Assembly (NCBI GenBank): GCA_043775215.1
Contig: JAYVSP010000179.1
Coordinates: 1-36,550, forward strand
Length of the DNA stretch: 36,550 bases
Reading direction: 5' to 3'
Origin: Planctomyces sp.
Lineage (GTDB): Bacteria; Planctomycetota; Planctomycetia; Planctomycetales; Planctomycetaceae
Position numbers and translations under genes: made by a program. The notes under the pieces were generated by a model that saw nothing but the letters and a program-made list of their open reading frames with translations, ran no database searches and was not told where the DNA came from. The stretch's first letter is position 1; each line of letters opens with the position of its first letter. Positions 17,271-26,052 of this stretch are shown piece after piece.

Positions 17271-18506
17271 TCAGCCGATCCGTTGTCGCACCGCATGCAG
17301 GGTCTGTTCCAGAAATGGCCGAACGAGCTTTTCCAGCCATTCGAACTCGATCAAGAAAGCATCATGGCCGTAGGCACTGGCCAATTCGATGAATGTCACG
17401 TGACGCCGAGCCTCGATCAACGCCCGGACGAGTTGTTTGCTTTGCACCGTGGGAAATAGCCAGTCCGACGTATAGCTAGTCACCAGAAACCGAGCGTTCG
17501 TCCGGCTGAGTGCCTTCTCGATGGAGCCGTGATTTTCGGCCAGGTCGAAGTAATCCATGGCACGCGTCAGGTACAGATAGCTGTTCGCGTCGAACCGCTC
17601 GATGAAGCGTTTGCCCTGATAGTGCAGATAGCTTTCCACCTGAAACTCGATCTGCTGCATCATGTCGTAGGACAGCTTTTCGGCTCCTTGCAGACGGCGG
17701 CTGAATTTCTGCTCGATCGAGGCATCCGATAAATACGTGATGTGAGCCACCATCCGCGCCAGTGCCAAGCCGACGTTCGGACCGAGCGGCTTGTCATAAA
17801 ATTGCCCGCCGTGGAAGTTCGGGTCGGTGATGATTGCTCGACGGCCAACTGCGTTGAAAGCAATCCCTTGGGCCGTGAGCCTTGCCGCCGAGGCCATGCA
17901 GATCGCCGAGTTGATCATCTCGGGAAATCGAGCTGCCCATTCCAGCACTTGCATCCCGCCAAGACTCCCGCCCACGACCGACAGCAATTGCTCGATGCCG
18001 AGATGCTTCACGAGCGCGGCGTGAACTTCCACGATGTCGCCGACGGTCATGAAGGGGAAGTTGAGACCGTATCGCTCGATGGTGGACGGGTTGCGGCTTA
18101 GCGGCCCGGTTGTTCCCTGGCAGCCGCCGAGGCAATTCGCGCAGATCACGAAGTAGCGGTTCGTGTCCAACCCTTTCCCCGGCCCGACGAATTCCTCCCA
18201 CCATCCCGGCTTGCGGTCTTGCGGCGTATGCCATCCGGCGACGTGAGCATCTCCCGTCAGCGCGTGACAGACAAAGATCGCGTTGTCTTTCTTCGGGCTG
18301 AGCTCCCCGTAAGTCTCATACGCGATATTGACTGGTGCCAATTCGCCGCCTCCCGCGAGTCGTAGTGGGTGCGGTGGCTCAAACAGTGTCACTGACTGCT
18401 TCGTCACAAAGCCGACCGAAGTCGGGCCAGGCTGAATCGGCTCACCCCCTCGAAGTTCGTCATCATCGGTCGCCATAAATTCGTACTTTCCCGCCGCGCG
18501 GCTCAC
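17271..18506 (-). CDS. metX: homoserine O-acetyltransferase
   Basis: LAPVNIAYETYGELSPKKDNAIFVCHALTGDAHVAGW, nucleophile elbow VVGGSLGGMQVLEWA, YGHDAFLIE. The start is either GTG 18506 (overlapping the antitoxin stop) or ATG 18476. Confidence 0.9.
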   Translation of the reverse strand: MSRAAGKYEFMATDDDELRGGEPIQPGPTSVGFVTKQSVTLFEPPHPLRLAGGGELAPVNIAYETYGELSPKKDNAIFVCHALTGDAHVAGWHTPQDRKPGWWEEFVGPGKGLDTNRYFVICANCLGGCQGTTGPLSRNPSTIERYGLNFPFMTVGDIVEVHAALVKHLGIEQLLSVVGGSLGGMQVLEWAARFPEMINSAICMASAARLTAQGIAFNAVGRRAIITDPNFHGGQFYDKPLGPNVGLALARMVAHITYLSDASIEQKFSRRLQGAEKLSYDMMQQIEFQVESYLHYQGKRFIERFDANSYLYLTRAMDYFDLAENHGSIEKALSRTNARFLVTSYTSDWLFPTVQSKQLVRALIEARRHVTFIELASAYGHDAFLIEFEWLEKLVRPFLEQTLHAVRQRIG

Positions 18507-18742
18507 AATCGCTTGAGTGCCTCTTTCGCCGAAATTGACTTCTCCTTCAGTCGCGATGCGAGCAGTTTGCGAAAGCGCGGGTTGTGTTCAATGAGCTGAT
18601 CGATCAGGTCATCATCTTGGTCGAGCGGCACGAGTTCAAACGCCGGCGTTCCATTGACGGTGACGACCACCGGTTCTTTGCGGCAGAGTTGGCCATAACG
18701 GCTCAAATTGGCTTTCGCCTCAGTCAGCGAAATCACTTTCAT
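18503..18742 (-). CDS. Phd/YefM-family type II antitoxin
   Basis: MKVISLTEAKANLSRYGQLCRKEPVVVTVNGTPAFELVPLD is the canonical Phd/YefM N-terminal fold signature. Start taken at internal ATG 18742 of ORF 18503..18832. Confidence 0.8.
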   Translation of the reverse strand: MKVISLTEAKANLSRYGQLCRKEPVVVTVNGTPAFELVPLDQDDDLIDQLIEHNPRFRKLLASRLKEKSISAKEALKRL

Positions 18743-19043
18743 GATGGGCCGTAAACTCCTCGCCTCGGACAAACAGTGCTTCGCCACGTTTTTCGCCGAC
18801 AACGGCGATGGTGACTTCCCTCTCGGTGACATTGAAGTTGAACAAGACGCGGTACTTCCCGAACAACCGCAACTCTCGTTTTGCGATGCGATTCGGCCGC
18901 AAGCTCTTTATGTGTCGGCTTTGTTCAAGCGGATTCACAGCGAGACGTTCCAGTGCGGTTGTCAAAATCTTGCGGCCCTCAGCACGACCAAAGTGCCGAA
19001 GATCATCCATCACAGACTCTTTGAGTGACACACTCCATGCCAT
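18720..19043 (-). CDS. RelE/ParE-family type II toxin
   Basis: WSVSLKESVMDDLRHF..RELRLFGKYRVLFNFNVTEREVTIAVVGEKRGEALFVRGEE matches the RelE/ParE layout. Overlaps the antitoxin start by 23 nt. GTG 19061 is an alternative start. Confidence 0.75.
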   Translation of the reverse strand: MAWSVSLKESVMDDLRHFGRAEGRKILTTALERLAVNPLEQSRHIKSLRPNRIAKRELRLFGKYRVLFNFNVTEREVTIAVVGEKRGEALFVRGEEFTAHHESDFAD

Positions 19044-19061
19044 GCGGGCAAAAGTTATCAC

Positions 19062-19079
19062 TGACCAGAATCCTGGTCA
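19062..19079. promoter_or_regulatory. perfect palindrome immediately upstream of the toxin-antitoxin operon (candidate autoregulatory operator)
   Basis: tgaccag-aatc-ctggtca, 7-bp arms. The assignment rests on position only. Confidence 0.35.
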
Positions 19080-19233
19080 ACCAGTCCGCAAAAACCGACC
19101 GCTAGCAGACCATTGCGGTGCTTGGGGTGGGTTGTACGCTCGGAACCTGGGTTGAAATCCCGAACCGCTGTCGAGACACTCGCCCGCCTGCCATGTGCTC
19201 GGCAGCGGCGACTCCAATCCCGCGGAAATCTCC

Positions 19234-19295
19234 GTAGCCTGACTCTCCGAGTTGGGCATGTGGAGGATAACGCCTGACTCGGAGAGTCAGACTAC
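19234..19295. repeat. REPIN-like pair of inverted GTAG-headed hairpins
   Basis: GTAG-c-ctgactc-tcc-gagttgg on the plus strand. The minus strand reads GTAG-t-ctgactc-tcc-gagtcag. The heads face outward. Confidence 0.7.
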
Positions 19296-19337
19296 GTTTT
19301 GTATTGACCTCGATCACATTCCAGTAAGTCTCGCAAT

Positions 19338-21401
19338 ATGTCACAGCCGAAAGACCTCGCCGATCTGGCGATCAACACGATCCGCACACTCTCGATGGAT
19401 GCCGTGCAGAAGGCGAATTCGGGACATCCCGGCACGCCGATGGCATTGGCTCCCGTTGCCTATACCGTCTGGCAAGAGTTCTTGCGGTTTGACCCCAACG
19501 ACCCGATTTGGCCGAATCGCGACCGATTCGTGTTGTCGGTCGGGCACGCCTCAATGTTGTTGTATTCGATGTTGCATTTGACGGGCGTGAAGGCGGTCAA
19601 TGCAAAGTACGAACGGCTTGGTGAATTGTCAGTGCCGATGGATGACATTCAACGGTTCCGGCAACTTGACAGCCGATGCCCGGGACATCCCGAATACCGT
19701 TGGACGTCCGGTGTCGAAACGACCACCGGGCCGTTGGGTCAGGGAGTCGCGAACAGCGTCGGAATGGCGATCGCCGAACGCTGGATGGCGACGTATTTCA
19801 ATCGGCCCGAATTCGACCTGTTCAACTACAACGTCTATGCCCTTTGCGGCGATGGCTGTTTGATGGAAGGAGTCTCGGCCGAGGCCGCGTCACTGGCCGG
19901 GCATCTCAAATTGTCCAATCTCTGTTGGATCTACGACAGCAACCGGATCACGATCGAGGGGAAGACCAGTCTCGCGTTCTCTGAAGATGTTGGGCTGCGG
20001 TTTCAGGGCTACGGCTGGAATGTGATCCACGTTGCCGATGCCAATGACCGAGCGGCTCTCAGGCAAGCGATCGACGCTTTCCACTCGACGACCGACCGGC
20101 CGACGCTGATCATCGTCGAGAGCCACATTGGTTATGGCGCTCCCACCAAACAGGACACTCACGGAGCTCACGGTGAGCCGCTCGGTGATGCCGAGATCGC
20201 CGGAGCGAAGAAGTTTTACGGCTGGCCTGAAGACGCGAAGTTTCTCGTTCCAGACGGTGTGTACGAGCACTTCCAACAGGGGATTGGCCAGCGCGGCCAC
20301 ACGCAGCGAGACGCATGGATCGCGCTGTTCAACGAATATCAGCAGCAGCATCCGCAATTGGCCGACCATTTGAACTGCATGCAGCACCGCCAGCTTCCCG
20401 AAGGTTGGGACAAAGACTTGCCGACTTTCCCAGCCGATGCAAAAGGGCTGGCGACGCGCGATTCTTCTGGCAAGGTTCTAAACGCATTGGGCAAGAACCT
20501 GCCGTGGCTCATTGGCGGCTCGGCGGACCTGGCTCCGTCAACAAAGACGCTGCTGACCTTAGACGGCGCTGGCCATTTTTCCGCTGAGAATTATGCCGGC
20601 CGTAACTTTCACTTCGGTGTTCGCGAACACGCAATGGCGTCGGTCGTCAACGGCATGGTGCTGAGCAAGGTCCGCGGCTATGGCGCTGGATTCCTCATCT
20701 TCAGCGACTATGCCAAAGCGGCGATCCGACTGGCGGCCATCATGGAGATTCCGTTTATCCACATCTTCACGCACGATTCGATTGGCGTAGGAGAAGACGG
20801 CCCGACGCATCAGCCCGTCGAACAAATCGCCAGTCTCCGCGCCGTTCCCGGCATGGTGGTGCTGCGCCCGGCGGATGCCAACGAAGTCATGGAAGCTTGG
20901 AAAGTCATCGCTCAACTCCGCCATGAGCCCGCATGCCTGATTCTGACTCGGCAAGCACTGCCGACGCTCGATCGCACAAAGTACGCATCTGCGGCAGGGC
21001 TGGCCAAAGGAGCTTACATCCTGGCCGATGCACCGGGCGGCAAGCCGGATCTCATCTTGATCGGGACTGGAAGCGAAGTGCCGCTATGTGTCGAAGTCTA
21101 TGAACAGCTCACCGCCGAAGGGGCGAAAGTCCGCGTGGTCAGCATGCCTTCGTGGGAATTGTTCGAGCACCAGTCGCCGGCATATCGAGACAGCGTGTTG
21201 CCGCCGACCGTTACCGCGCGCGTGGCCGTCGAACAAGCCTCAACATTTGGTTGGGAACGCTATGTTGGCTTAAAGGGCACGATCATCGGCATGAAGACGT
21301 TCGGGGCGTCGGCACCGCTGAAGGACTTGCTCACGAAGTTCGGCTTTACTCCGGATGGAATCCTTGCGGCGGCTCGACAGCAGTTGGCGAGCAAAATGTA
21401 G
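19338..21401 (+). CDS. tkt: transketolase
   Basis: AINTIRTLSMDAVQKANSGHPGTPMALAPVAY, GHASMLLYSMLHLTG, CGDGCLMEGVSAEAASLAGHLKL (ThDP motif), FGVREHAM. Confidence 0.95.
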   Translation: MSQPKDLADLAINTIRTLSMDAVQKANSGHPGTPMALAPVAYTVWQEFLRFDPNDPIWPNRDRFVLSVGHASMLLYSMLHLTGVKAVNAKYERLGELSVPMDDIQRFRQLDSRCPGHPEYRWTSGVETTTGPLGQGVANSVGMAIAERWMATYFNRPEFDLFNYNVYALCGDGCLMEGVSAEAASLAGHLKLSNLCWIYDSNRITIEGKTSLAFSEDVGLRFQGYGWNVIHVADANDRAALRQAIDAFHSTTDRPTLIIVESHIGYGAPTKQDTHGAHGEPLGDAEIAGAKKFYGWPEDAKFLVPDGVYEHFQQGIGQRGHTQRDAWIALFNEYQQQHPQLADHLNCMQHRQLPEGWDKDLPTFPADAKGLATRDSSGKVLNALGKNLPWLIGGSADLAPSTKTLLTLDGAGHFSAENYAGRNFHFGVREHAMASVVNGMVLSKVRGYGAGFLIFSDYAKAAIRLAAIMEIPFIHIFTHDSIGVGEDGPTHQPVEQIASLRAVPGMVVLRPADANEVMEAWKVIAQLRHEPACLILTRQALPTLDRTKYASAAGLAKGAYILADAPGGKPDLILIGTGSEVPLCVEVYEQLTAEGAKVRVVSMPSWELFEHQSPAYRDSVLPPTVTARVAVEQASTFGWERYVGLKGTIIGMKTFGASAPLKDLLTKFGFTPDGILAAARQQLASKM

Positions 21402-21413
21402 TGTTTCAATACT

Positions 21414-21452
21414 CGAACCGTTGGCTCGACCGAACCGTTGGCTCGACCGAAC
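21414..21452. repeat. 17-nt tandem repeat, 2.3 copies
   Basis: cgaaccgttggctcgac at 21414-21430 and 21431-21447, then a partial cgaac. Confidence 0.7.
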
Positions 21453-21585
21453 TGGGCTAGCCGGAATGATTCTTGGGAAAGTAGTGTGCGTGGAGCAAGC
21501 CGCTGGCGCGTAGCGCGTCCCATGAATCATCTGGGCTGGCTGGACTTTGGGGATTGGATTTCGAGTTTCCCGCAGGGAGCAATCG

Positions 21586-22533
21586 GTGATCGGGTATCGG
21601 CCGTTTCGGAACAGTGACCTCCCGCAACTGGTACGACTGTGGCATCACGTCGGACTTGGTCGTGGAGCGGCTGTAGGGTTCGGCAACGAGCCGTTCGACC
21701 GGCTGGTTCTGGCACAACACTACTTTGACCCGAATGGTCTTGTCGTGGCCTGTGAAGGTTTGCGCCCGGTCGGCTTTGTGCATGCGGCATTTCGCGCAAA
21801 TAGTTCGGAAACGTGGATCGACAAGACTCAGGGAGCCATCTGCGCGATCTTGGTCGATCCCGATTGGCGCCGCCGCGGCATTGGCCGCGAACTGCTGTCG
21901 CGTGCGGAAAACTATCTGCGTGAATCGGGAGCGAACTCCATTCAAGCTGGCTCGTCCGCGCCGTGCGACGCCTTCTATGTCGGCCTTTATGGCGGCTCGC
22001 AGCTTTCGGGGTTTCTCGATTCAGATGTTGCCGCCGCTCCGTTCCTGACGGCGCTGGGCTATCAACCGGCTCAAACGTTTGCTGTTTTGCAGCGCAATCT
22101 GAAGATGGGCGATCCGATCAGTTTTCGGCTAAGCCTGATCCGCCGCAAGATGGACGCGTTCATCTTCGCGTTGCCTGAGCAACCGACTTGGTGGTGGTTC
22201 AGCCGCTACGGCCGACTGGAGAACGTGCGTTTCCGATTGATGCCCAAAGCGGGCGGGGCCGAGGTCGCCGGCGTGACGGTCAGTGGGCTGGATTTGTACA
22301 TCGACCGGTGGGGTGAGCGAGCGATCGGCCTCAGCGATCTGGAAGTCAAAGACGCTTCGCGCCGGCAAGGGCACGCACAGGCATTGCTCATTGAGGTGAT
22401 CCGCCGCATGCGTCAGGAGCAGGTGTCATTGGCGGAGGCTCACATCGCCGAAGACAACCCCGCCGCGCTGGCGACGTTCAAATCAGTCGGCTTTGAGCAA
22501 ATCGACCGCGGCGTCGTGTATCGCAAACCATAA
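21586..22533 (+). CDS. GNAT-family N-acetyltransferase (two acetyltransferase-like halves)
   Basis: ICAILVDPDWRRRGIGRELLSRAENYLRESG (acetyl-CoA Q/RxxGxG/A motif). Second half SRRQGHAQALLIEVIRRM. GTG 21586 is preceded by gggag. TTG 21547 is an alternative start. Confidence 0.8.
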   Translation: MIGYRPFRNSDLPQLVRLWHHVGLGRGAAVGFGNEPFDRLVLAQHYFDPNGLVVACEGLRPVGFVHAAFRANSSETWIDKTQGAICAILVDPDWRRRGIGRELLSRAENYLRESGANSIQAGSSAPCDAFYVGLYGGSQLSGFLDSDVAAAPFLTALGYQPAQTFAVLQRNLKMGDPISFRLSLIRRKMDAFIFALPEQPTWWWFSRYGRLENVRFRLMPKAGGAEVAGVTVSGLDLYIDRWGERAIGLSDLEVKDASRRQGHAQALLIEVIRRMRQEQVSLAEAHIAEDNPAALATFKSVGFEQIDRGVVYRKP

Positions 22534-22543
22534 ATCCTGCCGC

Positions 22544-22561
22544 GGAGATCGGGTGATCTCC
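22544..22561 (+). terminator. short hairpin after the GNAT gene
   Basis: ggagatc-gggt-gatctcc, 7-bp stem. It runs into the octamer repeat rather than a T-tract. Confidence 0.35.
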
Positions 22562-22615
22562 TCACCTCCTCACCTCCTCACCTCCTCACCTCCTCACCTC
22601 CTCACCTCCTCACCT
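22558..22615. repeat. octanucleotide tandem repeat (CTCCTCAC) x7.25
   Basis: Seven exact consecutive units, 22558-22613. In register CACCTCCT it equals the anti-Shine-Dalgarno core of the 16S rRNA 3' end. Confidence 0.95.
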
Positions 22616-22866
22616 TGGCCGCTTGTGTGAATCTCACCGATTAAGTGGTCTGCAAATTCGGCGCAAGCGAAATGACGGCACTCTGCGGCTGGCAGAGTTT
22701 GTCCCTCTCGCCTGAAAGGCCGAAGCCGCACAAAGTCCCCCCGTCCGAAAGTCCGATTCGTAGTTTCGAAGGACGCCTCAGACTGGATACTTCTATCCAT
22801 ATGCGATTTCGGGACGAAGAGACCGGTCGCTCCAAAACTCACACTTTTCACGCTGGAGGAGCACCG

Positions 22867-23139
22867 ATGCCCTCGCTGGGAAACAGAGACCGCCAGGAAT
22901 TGTCATTGCCGGGAAGCACCCTTCCCGCATTGCAAGCACTCTTGAACGAGACCGAGCTACGCGAACAGGCTCGCGAAGACCGATTCCGCGCCTGGCAGGT
23001 GCGCTGGGTCGACACGAAGGCCAATCTGATCCGACGGCTGGACGTCGTTGACGAGCAACTCTCTCGCCTGGCTGACGGCGACCGCACTTCCCCACGACTG
23101 ACGATCGTCAGCGATGAGTTCTTCGATGAGCGGGCGTAG
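22867..23139 (+). CDS. hypothetical protein (90 aa), predicted coiled-coil
   Basis: Strong SD ggagga 7 nt upstream of ATG 22867. Protein-like composition (LQALLNETELREQAREDRFRAWQVRWVD..). The longer ORF from 22645 is less likely. No family recognised. Confidence 0.35.
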   Translation: MPSLGNRDRQELSLPGSTLPALQALLNETELREQAREDRFRAWQVRWVDTKANLIRRLDVVDEQLSRLADGDRTSPRLTIVSDEFFDERA

Positions 23140-23251
23140 AGACACGACTCACAACGGCGGCGCGACACTGGCTCGCTCGATGGTGGACTTGCCGAAACCG
23201 ATGATCGCCGGGTTGCGGATGCGGGGCAGGAGTTGCACGTCGACGACCTCA

Positions 23252-24307
23252 TCAACGCTGATTGCGCAGTTGCTCGATCTGCTGCGGCGTGAGACCCGCT
23301 TGCGGCACCGAGTTGCTGTTGGACAGACTGCCGGTTCCGAATGGATTGCTAATCCCCGAGCTGCGAGATGCAGCGGACGCGTTCGTTGGCAGGCGGTCCA
23401 TGTTGGGCAACGTGCTTCCGCCCATGGCCGGAGTGACGTCACCAGCCGCGTTGCCGAGGCTCTGCTGACCGGACGTTTGCAGCACATCCTGCGGAGTCAA
23501 CCGGTGTTCCTTGACATCCAGCGATTGCAGGTGAGTGCTCGTCGGCAAGGCGCCGGCTGGAGCTTGCATTTCCGGGCGCGGACGACCGTTGGTGCCGCTC
23601 GTCCCACTGAGGAGTTGCTTGGTTTCCTTCTCGACTCGGATTTCACTCAGCCAGTATTGGGCTTGTTCGAGCGTCGGTTTCTTGACGGCAGCCTGCACGA
23701 AGAATTGCTCGGCCTGTTCGAGCTTGCCTTGATCGTGCAGGATCAGCCCCAAGTTGTAGTCTGCCTCGGCGTCGCCGACGGCATTGACAAAGTGCGGTTT
23801 CGACCCAGCGATGTCTCCCGACTTGGCCATTGCGACGGCCAAATGGAACCGAATCGTGTTGTCGTTGGGCGAGCTTTGCAGGGCCTGCCTCAAGGTGTCG
23901 ATCGCCAGCGGCCACTTTTCCTGAGTCGCATAGAACTGTCCCAAGGCATCCAGAACCAGGGGATCATTCGGTGCGGCCTTTAATGACTTGCGATATCCCT
24001 GTTCCGCTTCGGCCATTTTTCCGCCGAGTTGGTCCAGCCGTGCCAGCCCCAGCATAGCCGGGACCGAATGTGGCTCGTCATGCAACACACGCTGATAACG
24101 CTCGCGTGCCTCGGTCGTGTTCCCAATTTGCTCCTGCCATTTGGCATAGGCCAAGTCGAGCTTGTGCGGGTCTTTCAGCTTCTTGCGAGCGACTGCCGTA
24201 TCGCGATCATCTCGACGAGCGAACGGATTCCAGCGGCTGCCCGACGAGGCGCACCCGGTCAGTGCCACACAAAAGTATGCGACTGCGACCAAGCGAATTA
24301 TTGACAT
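23252..24307 (-). CDS. TPR-repeat lipoprotein
   Basis: MSIIRLVAVAYFCVALTGC has a lipobox (LTG|C). Several TPR units follow (AMLGLARLDQLGGKMAEAEQGYRKSLKAAPND.., DYNLGLILHDQGKLEQAEQFF). Start at internal ATG 24307. Confidence 0.8.
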   Translation of the reverse strand: MSIIRLVAVAYFCVALTGCASSGSRWNPFARRDDRDTAVARKKLKDPHKLDLAYAKWQEQIGNTTEARERYQRVLHDEPHSVPAMLGLARLDQLGGKMAEAEQGYRKSLKAAPNDPLVLDALGQFYATQEKWPLAIDTLRQALQSSPNDNTIRFHLAVAMAKSGDIAGSKPHFVNAVGDAEADYNLGLILHDQGKLEQAEQFFVQAAVKKPTLEQAQYWLSEIRVEKETKQLLSGTSGTNGRPRPEMQAPAGALPTSTHLQSLDVKEHRLTPQDVLQTSGQQSLGNAAGDVTPAMGGSTLPNMDRLPTNASAASRSSGISNPFGTGSLSNSNSVPQAGLTPQQIEQLRNQR

Positions 24308-24469
24308 GCCACACCTCCGTGTCGGCGGGCCCGAATGGAACCGGGGAGACTGTTTCGTGAAACCTGTTTGTGTGAAATCTCGTGACATGAGTAGCCTGTT
24401 GAATAACCGAGCCGCGACTGAATCATTCGCAGGGAAACCGCTTTCTCATGGTCGCAACTTGATTTTTCG

Positions 24470-25948
24470 TTAGACCTGACTGAAGAAGCGAGACGTGGCG
24501 TCTTCCATCAACTTCTGCGTCAGCGCGAAGCGTTGATTCCGAAATCGGCAGATCGACTGGGCAATCTCTAACAAATCTCGCGGATCTGACGATCTTGGCG
24601 TTCGACCACGATCGTAATGGTTAGTGAAGAGGTACTGGATTGCTCGTTCGTCGAATGGCACTTTTTGCTGCTCGCACACCAATCGGAAAATTTGCGAGAA
24701 CATCGCGCGATCCGGTGCCCCGATCTGAATCTTGTGCCGGATCCGCCGCAAAAACGCCTCGTCCACCAGTTGGTGCGGGTCCAGGTTCGTCGAGAAAATG
24801 ATCAACAGCTCGAACGGAACAGAGAATTTCTTGCCTGTGATCAGCGTGAGGTAGTCGATCCGCTCTTCCAGCGGCACGATCCACCGGTTGAGCAAGTCCT
24901 TCGGGCTGACGATCTGCCGGCCAAAGTCGTCGATCAAGAAGACACCGCCGTTCGCCTTCATTTGGACCGGAGCCTGGTAGAAATTGCTGACCTTGTTGTA
25001 TCGCAGTTCAAGCTGATCCAGTGTCAACTCACCGCCGGTGATGACGACCGGCCGGCGCACGCGGCGCCAGCGCAAGTCGACCGTTCCTTCCAGCTTTTGA
25101 CGCTGTTCGGCCAACGATTCGCGCTGGCCGAGGCTTTCGGCATCATGGTTGTCCGTGACGACGTGCAGTGTCGGATCGAAGATCGTGATGATGCTGTTCT
25201 CGGTCAACACGGCATACGGCACGTAGATGTCACCGCCGTATTTATTGAGGAACCGGCCCAGCCCCTTCGCGGCCATCGACTTGCCGTTCCCTGGCGGTCC
25301 GTAAATGAAGATCGACCGGCCGCTGCACACCGCCGGTCCCAATTCATCGAGCAATTGCGGCCCGACGATCATTCCCTGAAAGGCTTCGAGAAGCCGTTCG
25401 GAATCACATTTGATTCCCGCAACTGCCTGCAACCGGCACTGTGCTAAATACGCTTCCAGCGGCACGGGAGCCGGGCCAACGTAGCGGCATTGCTCAAACG
25501 CTTCGCGCGCTCGCGTGCGACCGAGGTCCGTGAGATTGAAACGATAGGACGCTCGGCCGATCAGGTCGCCGCCCGAGGAAACTTCGATGCACTTCTCATC
25601 CTTGAGGAACCGCAGGCTTTCATCGACCAGATTGAACGGCAACCGCGCATGCTTGGCGACTTCGACGCCCAACAGATTTCCGTTCAGATACAAGTGTTTC
25701 AGAATCAGCTCGCAGATTTGCATCCGTGTCAGCCCGCTGTCCCGGAGTGTGAGCGGTGCTTTCGGTGCGTTCTGAGGAGCACTGGCATCAGTCTTGACTC
25801 CCAGTGTCGCCACTTGCGGATCGGCCAAAATACGCCGAGTTTCCTCGTGCGCTTCCGCAAATAGATCCGAGAACAACTCCGACGGCGCATCGTGCAGTGG
25901 CACCAGATCGGATTCAGGCTCCAACAGAGATGTCGAACTGCTGTTCAT
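24470..25948 (-). CDS. AAA+ ATPase with N-terminal winged-helix-like domain
   Basis: Walker A GPPGNGKSMAAKG. Walker B GGVFLIDDFGRQ. Sensor/arginine region FSTNLDPHQLVDEAFLRRIRHKI. The start is placed at ATG 25948 because the 29 codons upstream are encoded by a REPIN palindrome. Confidence 0.85.
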   Translation of the reverse strand: MNSSSTSLLEPESDLVPLHDAPSELFSDLFAEAHEETRRILADPQVATLGVKTDASAPQNAPKAPLTLRDSGLTRMQICELILKHLYLNGNLLGVEVAKHARLPFNLVDESLRFLKDEKCIEVSSGGDLIGRASYRFNLTDLGRTRAREAFEQCRYVGPAPVPLEAYLAQCRLQAVAGIKCDSERLLEAFQGMIVGPQLLDELGPAVCSGRSIFIYGPPGNGKSMAAKGLGRFLNKYGGDIYVPYAVLTENSIITIFDPTLHVVTDNHDAESLGQRESLAEQRQKLEGTVDLRWRRVRRPVVITGGELTLDQLELRYNKVSNFYQAPVQMKANGGVFLIDDFGRQIVSPKDLLNRWIVPLEERIDYLTLITGKKFSVPFELLIIFSTNLDPHQLVDEAFLRRIRHKIQIGAPDRAMFSQIFRLVCEQQKVPFDERAIQYLFTNHYDRGRTPRSSDPRDLLEIAQSICRFRNQRFALTQKLMEDATSRFFSQV

Positions 25949-25965
25949 GAATTGCCGATCAAAAC

Positions 25966-26026
25966 ATAGCCGAAGCCGTGAGACTTCGGTGTTCCGGGAA
26001 ATCCGAAGTCTCATGACTTCGGCTAC
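25966..26026. repeat. REPIN-like inverted pair of GTAG/ATAG-headed hairpins
   Basis: ATAG-ccgaag-ccgtgaga-cttcgg, spacer tgttccgggaaat, then ccgaagtc-tcat-gacttcgg-CTAC. The halves are reverse complements apart from 2 substitutions. Confidence 0.8.
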
Positions 26027-26052
26027 TGCGGGCATTTCTCCGCTTTCAGTGG

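Noticed and set aside
18507-18742. SAM or other riboswitch upstream of metX
   Set aside because: The space is fully occupied by the Phd/YefM antitoxin coding sequence, leaving no room for a leader.
22594-22851. 85-aa minus-strand ORF ending inside the octamer repeat
   Set aside because: Its C-terminus is just a translation of the repeat (GQGEEVRR). It overlaps the alternative plus-strand ORF, and nothing supports either reading upstream of 22867.
25949-26035. N-terminal 29 codons of ORF 24470..26035
   Set aside because: They are encoded by the REPIN palindrome (25966-26026). The conserved-looking protein begins at MNSSSTSLLEP (ATG 25948).
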